From an uncultured Acidobacteriota bacterium (GTDB lineage: Bacteria; Acidobacteriota; Vicinamibacteria; Vicinamibacterales; 2-12-FULL-66-21), in contig CAVRYD010000014.1 of the NCBI GenBank assembly GCA_963725335.1, forward strand, positions 698,598 to 762,597: a stretch of DNA of 64,000 nt. The letters are read 5' to 3'. Under the pieces are notes generated by a model. It made no database searches, was not told the DNA's origin, and saw only the letters and a program-made list of their open reading frames with translations. The translations under genes and the position numbers were made by a program. Positions 55,496-64,000 of the stretch are shown piece after piece. Each line of letters opens with the position of its first letter. Position 1 is the stretch's first letter.

Positions 55496-58400
55496 TCAGA
55501 ATGAATATTTCAACCCGAACTGAATCTGGCGCATCGGAAGGGCGGTTGAGGTGATGACGCCGAAGCCCTGATGCGCCGCGTTCTCGGCCGCGCCCGGGAA
55601 TGCCGCGCCCGCCAGGATGTTTCCGTTGGGTGCGCCCCACACCGGATGGTTGAACACGTTGAAGGCTTCGACCCTGGCCTGAATGCGGTGGCCATTCGGC
55701 AGCCGGAAATTCTTCGCCAGCGACGCGTCGATCTGCTGCAGATGCGGCGTCGTCATCGAATTGCGCCCGACGGTCCCGAATTGGCCCTCAGGAGACAAGA
55801 CGAACGACGCGGGGTCGTACCAGCGCGTCGGCGAGGGGTCGGCGGCATAGCCGTCGCCCACGCCCGAGTAGCTCGGACGGTCGTTCACCAGGGCGTTGGT
55901 GCCCGATTGAACCTTGCCGGCCGAGAGCGTCTGCGGAACGCCGCTCTGGATCGTGGTGTTCGTGCTCAACTGCCACCCGCCGACAATGCCGTCCAGGACG
56001 GCGTTGTCGATGTTCACCGGTTTGCCCTTGCCGAACGGCAGCTCGTAGACGGCGCCCATGACCCAGCGATGGCGCACGTCGAACGAGGAGGGCCCGGTCT
56101 CGCATTCCATGCAGCGGCTGTCCTGCGGGAACAGCGTGTCGAAGCCCTGCGTGCGGGTTCCGCTGGAGTTGTCGATCGACTTGGCCAGCGTGTAGCTCGT
56201 GTTCAGGCTGAGCCCGTCACCGTAGCGGCGCGTCGCCTTGACGCTGAACGCGTTGTAGTGCCCTTTGTTCTGGTCGGTCACATACGAGATCACGCCGAAG
56301 GTCGGATAGGGCACGCGCGAGCTGATGGTGTTCAGCGGGCCCGGACCGGCCTGGTTAAGGGTCTGGAACCCATACAGATGGCGGCTCTGCGATCCGAGGT
56401 AGCCCACCTCCACTGACCAGTTCGCGGCAAGCTGCCGCTCCACGTTGACCAGATACTGCCAGGTGCGCGGCGTCTCGTGACCGTAGGCGGCCGCCCACGT
56501 CAACGTCGGAGGCACCGAGGCGAGCCCCCCGCCGGGAACGGCATTGGCCCAGGTGAGCAAATTCGTCGTCCCCGCTTGAAAGTCGACGCGGGCGGCGGTA
56601 ATACGGGCCATGTCGAAGTACTCGGCGTTGCCGATGTCTTCCATGTAGTAGAGCCCGACGCCGGAGCGAACGACCGTCTTTTCCCCGAGCGCGTAGGTCG
56701 CGCCGAGCCTGGGCGCGAAGTTCTATGTCTTCGTCTCCCGCAGGTTGTTGTTCATCCCGAAATCCTTGGCGCACCCGACCGGCGTGACTGACCAGCGGAG
56801 GCTCAGACCGGCGTACGGATCGGTGCAGTCGTCGCCCTGGCGCACCAGCGTCGGATAGTTCGACTGCGGCTGATTGAGGCTGTAGTCGATCGTCGGGATG
56901 TGCGACCGTGAAGTAGTTCCCCAGCGTGTTGGTGAACGGCGGCGTCAGCTCGTAGCGCAGGCCGGCCAGCAGCGTGAAATTGTTCGTCACCTTCCAGTTA
57001 TCGTCGACGAACGCGTGGAAGACGTTGCGGACGAATTTTCCCTCGGCGACGGCCAGCGCGACGGTCGTGTGGAACGGCTGGCCGAGCAGGAACTCGGCGA
57101 AGGCGTAGCCGCCGGTGTTGTTCACCGGGTTCCTGGTGGTATTCGCCTGGAAGGAGAAGATCCCGCGGGAAAACTGGTTGCCGACCTCGTTGAAGTGCTG
57201 CCGGTCGTACTCAGCGCCCATGCCGATGGTGTGGCGTCCTTTCACCCACGTCAGCTTGTCGACGAACTGCAGCGTGTTGTTGTCGACGGCGAACGGGCCG
57301 TCGTTGGCATCACCGATGTCGTTGAACCCGGTGAACGAGACGTCCGGAATGCCCCACGTGACCGGGTCGCCGGATTTCAGGTTCGGGATCTTCACATCGG
57401 AGACCACATCGTTGGTAAAGGCCGACAGGGTGCCGATCGAGTTGAAGAACTTGGTGTAGCCGAACCGCGCGTCGTTGACCAGCCTGGAGCTGAGCGTCCG
57501 GGTGTTCGAGGCGCCCCACTGCTTGTAGTTCGTAATGGTCTTCGAACCCGCCAGACCGATGCCCTGGCTCGACTGCGTGTCGTCGCCCCAGTTGTAGCGC
57601 CCCATCCACTGTGACGATGGCGATTCGTTGAAATCGGCGCGAACGACATAGCCGTTGCGATCGAACGGCGCCGAGTTGTCCTGCACGTAGTTGTTTTGCA
57701 GACCCGGAAGCGTCGCCGCGTGGTAGTACGACAGTAAGTTCTTCGAGATCGGATCGATCCGGCCTGCCGGAATGACGTTGCCGGGGAACGGCTGGCCCGT
57801 GGTCGGGTCGTAGATGACGGTGCCGGGAATCTCGCTGAAGTCGCCGGCGAACATCTTCTCGGTCGGCACGGTGAACGTGGACTGGGTGGTCTGCCGGCGC
57901 CGCAACTTCTCGAAGTTGGTCATGAAGAACAACTTGTTGCGGAAGCACGGGCCCGTCCACCTCGTAGCCGAAGTCGTTCCACTTGAATGGCGACTTGGCC
58001 GGGTGGACGCTGGTGAAGGCGTAGGGCTTGGCGTCGAATTTCTCGTCGCGGAGGAATTCGAAGACCGAGCCGTGGAAGGCATTGCCGCCTGATTTGGTGA
58101 CGACGTTCACCTGCGTGCTCTGGTGACCGAACTCGGCCGGGTAGACGCCGGTCTGGACCTTGAACTCCTGAATCGCATCGATCGACGGCAGGGCGATGTA
58201 GTTGTTGAAGTTCGGGTCCGTGTTACTGACGCCGTCGAGCGTGTAGTAGTTGAAGAAGATGCGCTGACCACCGGCGGAGATGGACTGCGCGGCGCGCTCG
58301 CCGCCAAGTCGGGCGCCCGCCTGCCCCGCCGCGGGCGAGAGCACGTTGACGTTGGGCGCGACGGCGACCAGATTCAGGTACTGTCGGCCGTTCAGCGGCA

Positions 58401-58854
58401 GCTCGGTCACGATCTTGTTCTCGATCACCGTACCGAGCGTGGTGCTCTGCGTGTTGAGCAGGGTGGATTCACCGACGACGGTCACCGTCTCGCCGAGCGC
58501 ACCGACCTGCAACGGCACGTCCACTCGTACCGTCTGCTGGACGTCGACCTTGAAGGAAGGGATCTCTGCGGTCTTGAAGCCTTGCAGCTCGACTTTCAGT
58601 TCATAGGAGCCGGGAGGCACAGCGGGGAAGGTGTAGAGCCCTTCCGCGTTGGTCGTGGTATTGCGCGTGCCCCTGGTGGCCGTGTTGGTCACCGTGACGG
58701 TGGCGCCGGGGATAGCGGCACCCGACGAGTCTGTCACCGTGCCGGTGATCCCGCCTTGCGTTTGCGCGCGGCCGGTCACGACCCATGGATAGCTTGTCGC
58801 GAGCAGAATCACTACGGTGAGGAGACGTGCGACCGAACGCGACCTGTGTCTCAT
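55496..58854 (-). pseudogene. TonB-dependent-receptor-like outer-membrane protein with CarboxypepD_reg N-domain; two +1 frame breaks and one in-frame TAG
   Basis: GGAG RBS and ATG 58854 (MRHRSRSVARLL...). Pieces are ORFs 57310..58965, 56355..58082 and 55496..56644, ending in QFGLKYSF. Breaks lie near 57941-57942 and 56898-56903. In-frame TAG at 56725-56723 within ..RETKT*NFAPRLG... Confidence 0.85.
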
Positions 58855-59070
58855 GTTTTCTCCAAAGTCACTGGCGAGCATGGACAGCGAGCTGCTGCAT
58901 GCGCCGTGAATGTGGGGCGTCGGCCACGCCCAAACAAGGTGGCCTACGGTACGCGACGGTGTCATGCGCCCAGTTTGGCGTCGTTTTTTCGAACGATTGG
59001 GTCGCAGGCGTGGTCCGCGCCGGAACCGGTACGGTACCGTCGATCGTGATAGAGTCGACCCCCATTCACC

Positions 59071-60327
59071 ATGGCGCGAGCCTCAAATGCCGAGTCCGGG
59101 CACGCCGACGGCGTCTCGGGGCTCGACCACGCGGCCGTGCATGCGCAGCTCGCCCGGCTACTGGAGAGTCCTCATTTCCGCAACAGCAAGCGGAGCCAGG
59201 CGTTGCTGCGGTTCGTGGTCCAGGCAGCGCTGGCCGGCGACCAGAACTCGCTGAAAGAGAGATGCATCGGGGCTGCAGTCTTCGGCCGCGAGCCCGCATA
59301 TGACACAGCCCAGGACCCGATCGTGCGCAATGCGGCGATCGAGGTGCGGAAGCGGCTCGCGCAGTACTATCTCGAGCCTGAGCATGCTGCCGAGTTGCGG
59401 ATCGAGCTCCCGAGCGGATCGTACATCCCGTCATTTCCGGCCGAATCGGCCGCACTGGAACCAGCGGCGCCACGGCCGAAGGCCCACGGCTCTCCGCTGC
59501 GGTGGATCGCCGTCGCCGCGCTCGCGGTGATTGCGGCGGCAGCGGCATTTCTGTGGGGTGCGCGGCGCACGCCGACGTCGGATCTCGAGGCGTTTTGGGA
59601 GCCGCTCTTCCGAGACGGGAGCGCGATCCAGGTGAGTATCGGCCAGCCCACGCGTCTGTATCGCTTTACCGGACCGCGGATGGAGGAATTGAACCGGCTG
59701 TTCGGCGGTGGGGAATCGGACGGCGTAAAAGGAACCAAACCGCCGATTGCTCCCGACGAAGTCGTCTGGGTGGCGCCGGAGTATCTGTTCCTGCGGGACG
59801 CCCTGGCCGCGTTCAAGGTGGCGGCGTGGATTCAATCCAAAGGCCACGCGTCCCGGCTGGCGTCGGTCGCGCAGACCAACTACTCGCAGCTTCGGCATGC
59901 GCCGCTGGTCGCGATCGGGGCCTTCAACAACGCGTGGTCGATCCGGGTCACCGCCGAGCTGAGGTTCGTGTTCGAGTATCGAGTGATCGACGGGGTTGCA
60001 TATCATTGCATCGTCGACCGGCGCAATCCGACGAGCGTCCTGTGGAAAGTGGCGCAGCCGGCGAGTGGCGGAATGAGCGAAGACTATGCGATCGTGACGC
60101 GGGTTTTCGAACCGACCACGGAGAAGACGGTGATTTCAGTGGCCGGTATCGAGACGTATGGCACGTTCGCGGCAAGCGAGTTCGTCACGGAACCGACCTA
60201 TCTCGAGGCTGCGCTGGGCGCCGCGCCGCCGGACTGGCGGCGCAAGAACGTGCAATTCGTGTTGGGCACAAAAATCATCGATGGGACTCCCGGGCCGCCG
60301 CGGATCCTGGCCGTTCAATTCTGGTAA
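59071..60327 (+). CDS. single-pass membrane protein with conserved cytoplasmic N-domain (type found at the N-terminus of acidobacterial regulator/TPR proteins)
   Basis: 418-aa ORF with LESPHFRNSKRSQALLRFVV...LKERCIGAAVFGREPAYDTAQDPIVRNAAIEVRKRLAQYY...LPSGSYIPSF, then TM WIAVAALAVIAAAAAFLW and a periplasmic domain of about 250 aa. Confidence 0.6.
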   Translation: MARASNAESGHADGVSGLDHAAVHAQLARLLESPHFRNSKRSQALLRFVVQAALAGDQNSLKERCIGAAVFGREPAYDTAQDPIVRNAAIEVRKRLAQYYLEPEHAAELRIELPSGSYIPSFPAESAALEPAAPRPKAHGSPLRWIAVAALAVIAAAAAFLWGARRTPTSDLEAFWEPLFRDGSAIQVSIGQPTRLYRFTGPRMEELNRLFGGGESDGVKGTKPPIAPDEVVWVAPEYLFLRDALAAFKVAAWIQSKGHASRLASVAQTNYSQLRHAPLVAIGAFNNAWSIRVTAELRFVFEYRVIDGVAYHCIVDRRNPTSVLWKVAQPASGGMSEDYAIVTRVFEPTTEKTVISVAGIETYGTFAASEFVTEPTYLEAALGAAPPDWRRKNVQFVLGTKIIDGTPGPPRILAVQFW

Positions 60328-60333
60328 CCGCAT

Positions 60334-60470
60334 TGGCGGACACGTCTACCGTGCCGTCGCGTCCGCATGGTCTACGGCGGGGAGCACGCCACCCTCGAAA
60401 GTGCGAGCGCGCGGGAGCGGCAACTGAAACGGTGGAGCCGCGAGAAGAAACAAGCGCTCGTCCATCACTC
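60334..60470 (+). pseudogene. remnant of a small GIY-YIG nuclease family gene (C-terminal part only)
   Basis: The frame of ORF 60367..60759 reads ..RRVRMVYGGEHATLESASARERQLKRWSREKKQALV, matching the C-terminal ..LVYYE....A..REKQLKGWSR.KK.ALI pattern of that family as I recall it. The N-terminal GIY-YIG half is absent. Confidence 0.4.
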
Positions 60471-61100
60471 GGCGCGCAGCGCGTCAATAGGCTGGATTCG
60501 AAGCGCGCGACGCAGCGGCCCTAAGGTCGCCAACGCCGAAACCGCGACGACCAGGCACCCGTACAGGGCGATGACGCGGACCATGTCTCCCGCCGACACG
60601 CGGTCCGCGATGGCCACTCCGATCACGATACCCAGTCCGACTTGCATCAGTGGGCGCCGGAACAATGCGGCTATCACGTGCCGGCGCCGTCCGCCGAGCG
60701 CGACGCGAATGCCGACCTCTCGCGCCCGTTGCGAGGCGATGAAGGAGAGGACCGTGTAGATGCCGGTCAGCGAGAGCATTACCACGACGATCGCCAGGGC
60801 CAGGAAGAGCCAGAAGAGCAGCGTCATCGTACGGCCAGCTGCGGCTGCCACTTGATCGAAGCGGGCGATGTCCGAGATCTGGAGGGTGGGTTCGACCTCT
60901 CTGGCGAGGGACCGCAGCCGTGATGCGAAGAGCAGGGGATCGCCGGTCGTATGGACGGCCATGCGGACGGGATAGCTTCCGCCCGCCACCAGCGGGTGAT
61001 AGACGCGGGCCCTTCTCGAGTCGCGCTTTTCCGGATCGATGCCAGGATCCCGCACGACGCCCACGACTTCATACCACGGCTGGTTCGGACCGTTCGCCAC
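60465..61100 (-). pseudogene. C-terminal fragment of an FtsX-family (MacB/ADOP-type) ABC permease
   Basis: 211-aa ORF with ..YEVVGVVRD... followed by the four-TM FtsX module (GIYTVLSFIASQRAREVGIRVALGGRRRHV...LRRALRIQPIDALRAE). Full-length relatives are roughly 800 aa, and an in-frame stop lies just upstream (about 61183). Confidence 0.7.
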
Positions 61101-61584
61101 ACTCTGCTGTGTGGGGGCGCTGTTGTCGCCGCATGAGATCGTCGTCGAGTGGATAGAGACGAATCCGATCGCCCGCGACGACGCTCAGTACGCACCGGTA
61201 GGAAGCTACATGTTCATGTCATTGGACAGGTGCGACAAGCGGGTTGACTAACCTTCGGCTGGCTTCGCCACACCGCCGCGAACTCGCGATCCTCCGCGTC
61301 CCAATCAGGAAGATCTTCGTCCCAATAACGCATGATCTGGTACGGCCACGCTGCTTCGGCGCGACAAGTTCTGCATCGCGTCAGTGGCGGCGTCGAAGGC
61401 CTTGCCGGCTTCGAGCCGCGCGACCGCCGCCTGCAGCGCTTCGAGCCGCTGGTTGTCGTAGCGCTCGGTCGTCACGATCAAGCTTGAAGATCAAGTCGAG
61501 ACCGAGCGAGAGCGTGAAAAATCGCGTCGGAGGATCCAGGAAATTCAGCGCCAGTCGCGCCGGTCTCAACAGACGCTCGAATCC

Positions 61585-62058
61585 TTGTCGACGCGGCTGA
61601 GCGACTTGGCGACGAAGATCGGATCGCAAGAAGCCGGCTATGAATTCCAGACGTGGTTCTACGATTTGATGGACTTTTTCGAGGTTGTCAACCGCCGCCC
61701 ATACACGGCGTCGGGGCGCCAGATCGACGGCTCGATCACGGTATCCGGGACCACATATCTCGTAGAGCTGAAGTTCACGCGCGAGCAGGTCGGTGCCACG
61801 GACATCGACAGCGTTGTGAAGAAGATCAACGACAAAGCAGACAATACGATGGGCATCATGGTATCGATGTCCGGGTATTCCACTATCGCGCTCAGCGAGG
61901 CATCCGGGCGAAGGACGCCATTGATGCTCATGGATCACCGTCACGTGTACTACGCGTTGGGCGGTTCAGCCGCGTTTGGCGAGATCGTTGACCGGGTACG
62001 TCGTCACGCGTCTCAAACAGGAGAGGCGTTTTTGCCCTCCGAGTGTTTCGGGGGCTGA
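61585..62058 (+). CDS. restriction-endonuclease-like (PD-(D/E)xK, Mrr-type) domain protein, probably 5'-truncated
   Basis: 157 aa from TTG. GYEFQTWFYDLM...GRQIDGSITVSGTTYLVELKF gives a D...E-x-K pattern. The frame stays open upstream to a TAG at 61459-61461 and encodes a charged coiled-coil-like stretch (KLEDQVETEREREKSRRRIQEIQRQ) without a start codon. Confidence 0.45.
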   Translation: MSTRLSDLATKIGSQEAGYEFQTWFYDLMDFFEVVNRRPYTASGRQIDGSITVSGTTYLVELKFTREQVGATDIDSVVKKINDKADNTMGIMVSMSGYSTIALSEASGRRTPLMLMDHRHVYYALGGSAAFGEIVDRVRRHASQTGEAFLPSECFGG

Positions 62059-62422
62059 GTAGCCATGCGGCGTGGCTCGCGGACCGAAAGCCTCCCTCAT
62101 CAACCGATCCTGGCGATAGTCGAGCGGCTGAGCGAGCGAAAGCTCGGCGCCCTTCACTGTGCCAATATTCTGGCAGTCCGTGCGGCTCTCAGTTGATCGA
62201 TTCCCTCCGCGGTGACTGCAGCGAACCCGAACGCGAATCGATTCGGCCTCAAGTCGTTAAGAAACACCAAGGGCGACCTTCTCCAAGAGGTCGCTGTTGG
62301 CTTCGAGGGTTTCGATTGTCCACATCACGACGATGCCGCGACACGCCGCCCGTCTGCGAACGATGCCGTCGCAGCTTGCTAAACCAGCTCACGAACCTCG
62401 AAGGTTAATTGCAGCCAACCGA

Positions 62423-63051
62423 CTAACGGTGCAGGACGATTTCGGTCGCGAGGGGCATCCCCCTGCGATTGACGACGTAGGTGCCGATCTCTGGCGGGGT
62501 CACGTCGTCAGATTCGCGGACGACCATTCTGGCACCGTCAGGCCCTGTCCTTGCTGACAAATCCTTAAGACGGCTCCGTGCTGACGCTGAGGTGCGAGGC
62601 TGTTCCGTCTCAGAGCGCCCCAAAATGATAATGAGACTCGCTGGCGACTCGCCGACCTCGAATAGAACCGGACCGCGAACCGTAACGTCTTCCCTTTGAA
62701 GAACTGTGTATAGCAATTGCGTACCGAGGCTGCTATTAGGGCTATCCATTCGCCAGACGCTCACAAAGGCGCCAACATTTCCTCGAAGATGCAGCGTCAA
62801 CGAGCCCTGGGCGGAGGGGGCGCGCTCTTCGCTAAACGCCTGCCCATTGGCGTCCTCGAACCAATAGTGAATGCCGACGAAACCGTATTGTGGAAACGGA
62901 CTCGCCCACTTAACCGACTTCAGCCGTTGCCCGGTCCCGCCACCGGCGTCGGCCGGCCGGCCGCCGGATCATAAAACATTGCTTTGGCACTCGAAGACTG
63001 TGAGGGCACCGCGCCCGACGGTCCGGCGGCAAGAACCAAGAACTTTCCCAT
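62423..63051 (-). pseudogene. hypothetical protein (DUF4384-like pattern), frame broken by an apparent 1-nt deletion
   Basis: ATG 63051 (MGKFLVLAAG...PVAGPGNG*) continues in another frame as QRLKSVKWASPFPQYGFVGIHYWFEDANGQAF..SLTLHLRGNVGAFVSVWRMD.. (ORF 62423..62800). 629 nt plus 1 is a multiple of 3. The region is AT-richer. Confidence 0.35.
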
Positions 63052-63431
63052 AAACCGTCCCTCACAATCATCCCTGTCAAACCCTCGGGTCGCTGGCTCC
63101 ACAAACGCGGTATTTCGCGAACGATGTTGGCTATCTGATCCGAAAGCAGTTATAAGTCAAATCCGGCAGCCGCTCGAGGACTCCGCGTCCGATGTGACTT
63201 TTTGTTGCCCGATCTCAGAGCGGCTTAACGACCCTTCCTCCGGAGCATCCGAGCAGTCTCGTTGGCCACTTGCCTCGATAGTGGCCAACTCGATTCGTGT
63301 TTGTACCTTGAAGAAAACTTGAAACTTTGCGCACGAAACGAGCCCTTTCGACCGGAGACGGCCGGAGCGATATGTGCAAATTTCCTAAGGAAACCGACGC
63401 AACCGGACACCGCCGATGTGTCGGGCTGCGT

Positions 63432-63474
63432 TTCTCAGCCACGGGACCGGGGTTCGAATCCCCGTACCGGTACC
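63432..63474 (+). other. 43-nt perfect copy of the 3' part of tRNA-Glu (anticodon loop to C75): att-site-like direct repeat
   Basis: TTCTCAGCCACGGGACCGGGGTTCGAATCCCCGTACCGGTACC is identical to 53895-53937. The 30 nt upstream do not form acceptor, D or anticodon stems. Confidence 0.85.
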
Positions 63475-63475
63475 T

Positions 63476-63565
63476 CAATCGCTAATCCCTCGTCACTGAT
63501 CCGAATCCCCAATCGTCGAATCCCTGATCCTCGAATCCCGAATCCTGAATCCTCCGCATAATCCT
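63476..63565. repeat. heptamer-phased array (CAATCGC TAATCCC TCGTCAC TGATCCG AATCCCC AATCGTC GAATCCC TGATCCT CGAATCC CGAATCC TGAATCC ...)
   Basis: This is the same AATCC-type unit family as 15885-15985 and 49160-49229. It starts directly after the tRNA 3'-half copy. Confidence 0.75.
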
Positions 63566-63723
63566 CGGAGCGATTCTCAGTCCACATCCTGCCGGGCCGC
63601 GTCGATCAGCGTCTGAAGGCCTGCGCGTTTTCTCCCGTCAATTGACCGTCCGCGCGAGCCGCGATAATCTGCGCGCGCTGGGCCGGCTGGGCCGAAGCCG
63701 GGCCGGTAAGAGGGGGATGCTCT

Positions 63724-64000
63724 CATGCGCGCGAAACTCGCCGTCGTCGTCACTGTGTTGGCCGCGGCTTATATCGTAGCTGCCGCTCAGCAGAACCCGT
63801 TCGTCGGACGATGGAACCTCACCGGCACCGGATCCGACAATCACCTGATCTACTTTCTCGAAGTGAAGCAGGTCGGCGACCACCTCGAGGGCATGTTCCT
63901 CGACCGTGTCGCGCACGCCCAACCGATCCCGATGATCAAAGTCGAGAACGGCGAGCTCACGTGGCAGTTCGGGCCTGGCGATACGCTGCCGAAGCCGGCC
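63724..64000 (+). CDS. secreted protein of unknown function, 5' part only (runs off window end)
   Basis: Absent from the ORF track because it has no stop in the window. ATG 63724 gives MRAKLAVVVTVLAAAYIVAAAQQNPFVGRWNLTGTGSDNHLIYFLEVKQVGDHLEGMF..., with a clear signal peptide. Confidence 0.5.

Larger units (their letters stand above)
53939..63431. mobile_element. putative degraded tRNA-integrated island (no integrase found)
   Basis: Bounded by tRNA-Glu and a perfect 43-nt direct repeat of its 3' part at 63432-63474. The right 2.3 kb is AT-richer and contains only gene fragments. Confidence 0.4.

Noticed and set aside
61260-61480. Minus-strand ParD-like antitoxin fragment as an annotatable gene
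   Set aside because: Only about 25 residues resemble the ParD C-terminal helix. There is no convincing start or N-terminal ribbon-helix-helix, and the downstream frame is ambiguous. It is mentioned in a finding but not called as a feature.
62150-62260. Minus-strand frame reading ..LNDLRPNRFAFGFAAVTAEGIDQLRAAR.. as a decayed tyrosine-integrase C-terminus (HDLRH...G-x-D...LGH pattern)
   Set aside because: The resemblance is limited to a few residues, and the catalytic His, Arg and Tyr are absent. It cannot be supported without a profile search.
63402-63477. A second, divergent tRNA-Glu gene
   Set aside because: Only the 3' 43 nt match. The upstream 30 nt give 5 of 7 acceptor pairs by chance-level similarity (about 11 of 30 identities to the true 5' half) and cannot form the D or anticodon stems.

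Overview
This is a high-GC bacterial chromosomal window (about 65% G+C in hand-counted lines). The gene content points to an Acidobacteriota-like soil bacterium: hpnC-hpnD-hpnE squalene genes, a CarboxypepD_reg/TonB-type outer-membrane protein, an FtsX/ADOP-type permease fragment, many lipoproteins and a sigma-54 two-component system. That taxonomic call is inference, not a search result. I can support about 60 protein genes, one tRNA-Glu(CUC), a few intrinsic terminators and a family of intergenic repeats. I saw no rRNA, CRISPR, intact transposase or integrase. Functional blocks: housekeeping and redox genes (1-9.5 kb); PduO-hpnCDE (9.7-13.4 kb); mutY-mutT and def (13.5-15.9 kb); a thyX-like/glutaredoxin-like pair (16.6-18.4 kb); a TetR-controlled beta-oxidation cluster (27.5-36 kb); a peptidoglycan-recycling fusion enzyme (39.4-41.8 kb); an Omp85/NtrY/NtrX-like operon (43.1-48 kb); heme O/A synthesis genes (49.2-52.3 kb). 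Four things stand out. (1) Heptanucleotide-phased tandem arrays, often arranged as long inverted repeats, fill many intergenic gaps, and one carries a four-helix-bundle (23S-IVS-type) gene in its loop. (2) A glutaredoxin-like ORF ends TGA-x-x-TGA with a downstream hairpin and is a candidate selenoprotein. (3) The 3' 43 nt of tRNA-Glu are repeated 9.5 kb downstream, bracketing an island-like segment whose right end is AT-richer and full of gene fragments. (4) There are 17 reading-frame breaks in 13 conserved genes, all +1 and mostly in short homopolymers. This looks like systematic insertion error and must be resolved before any pseudogene claim.
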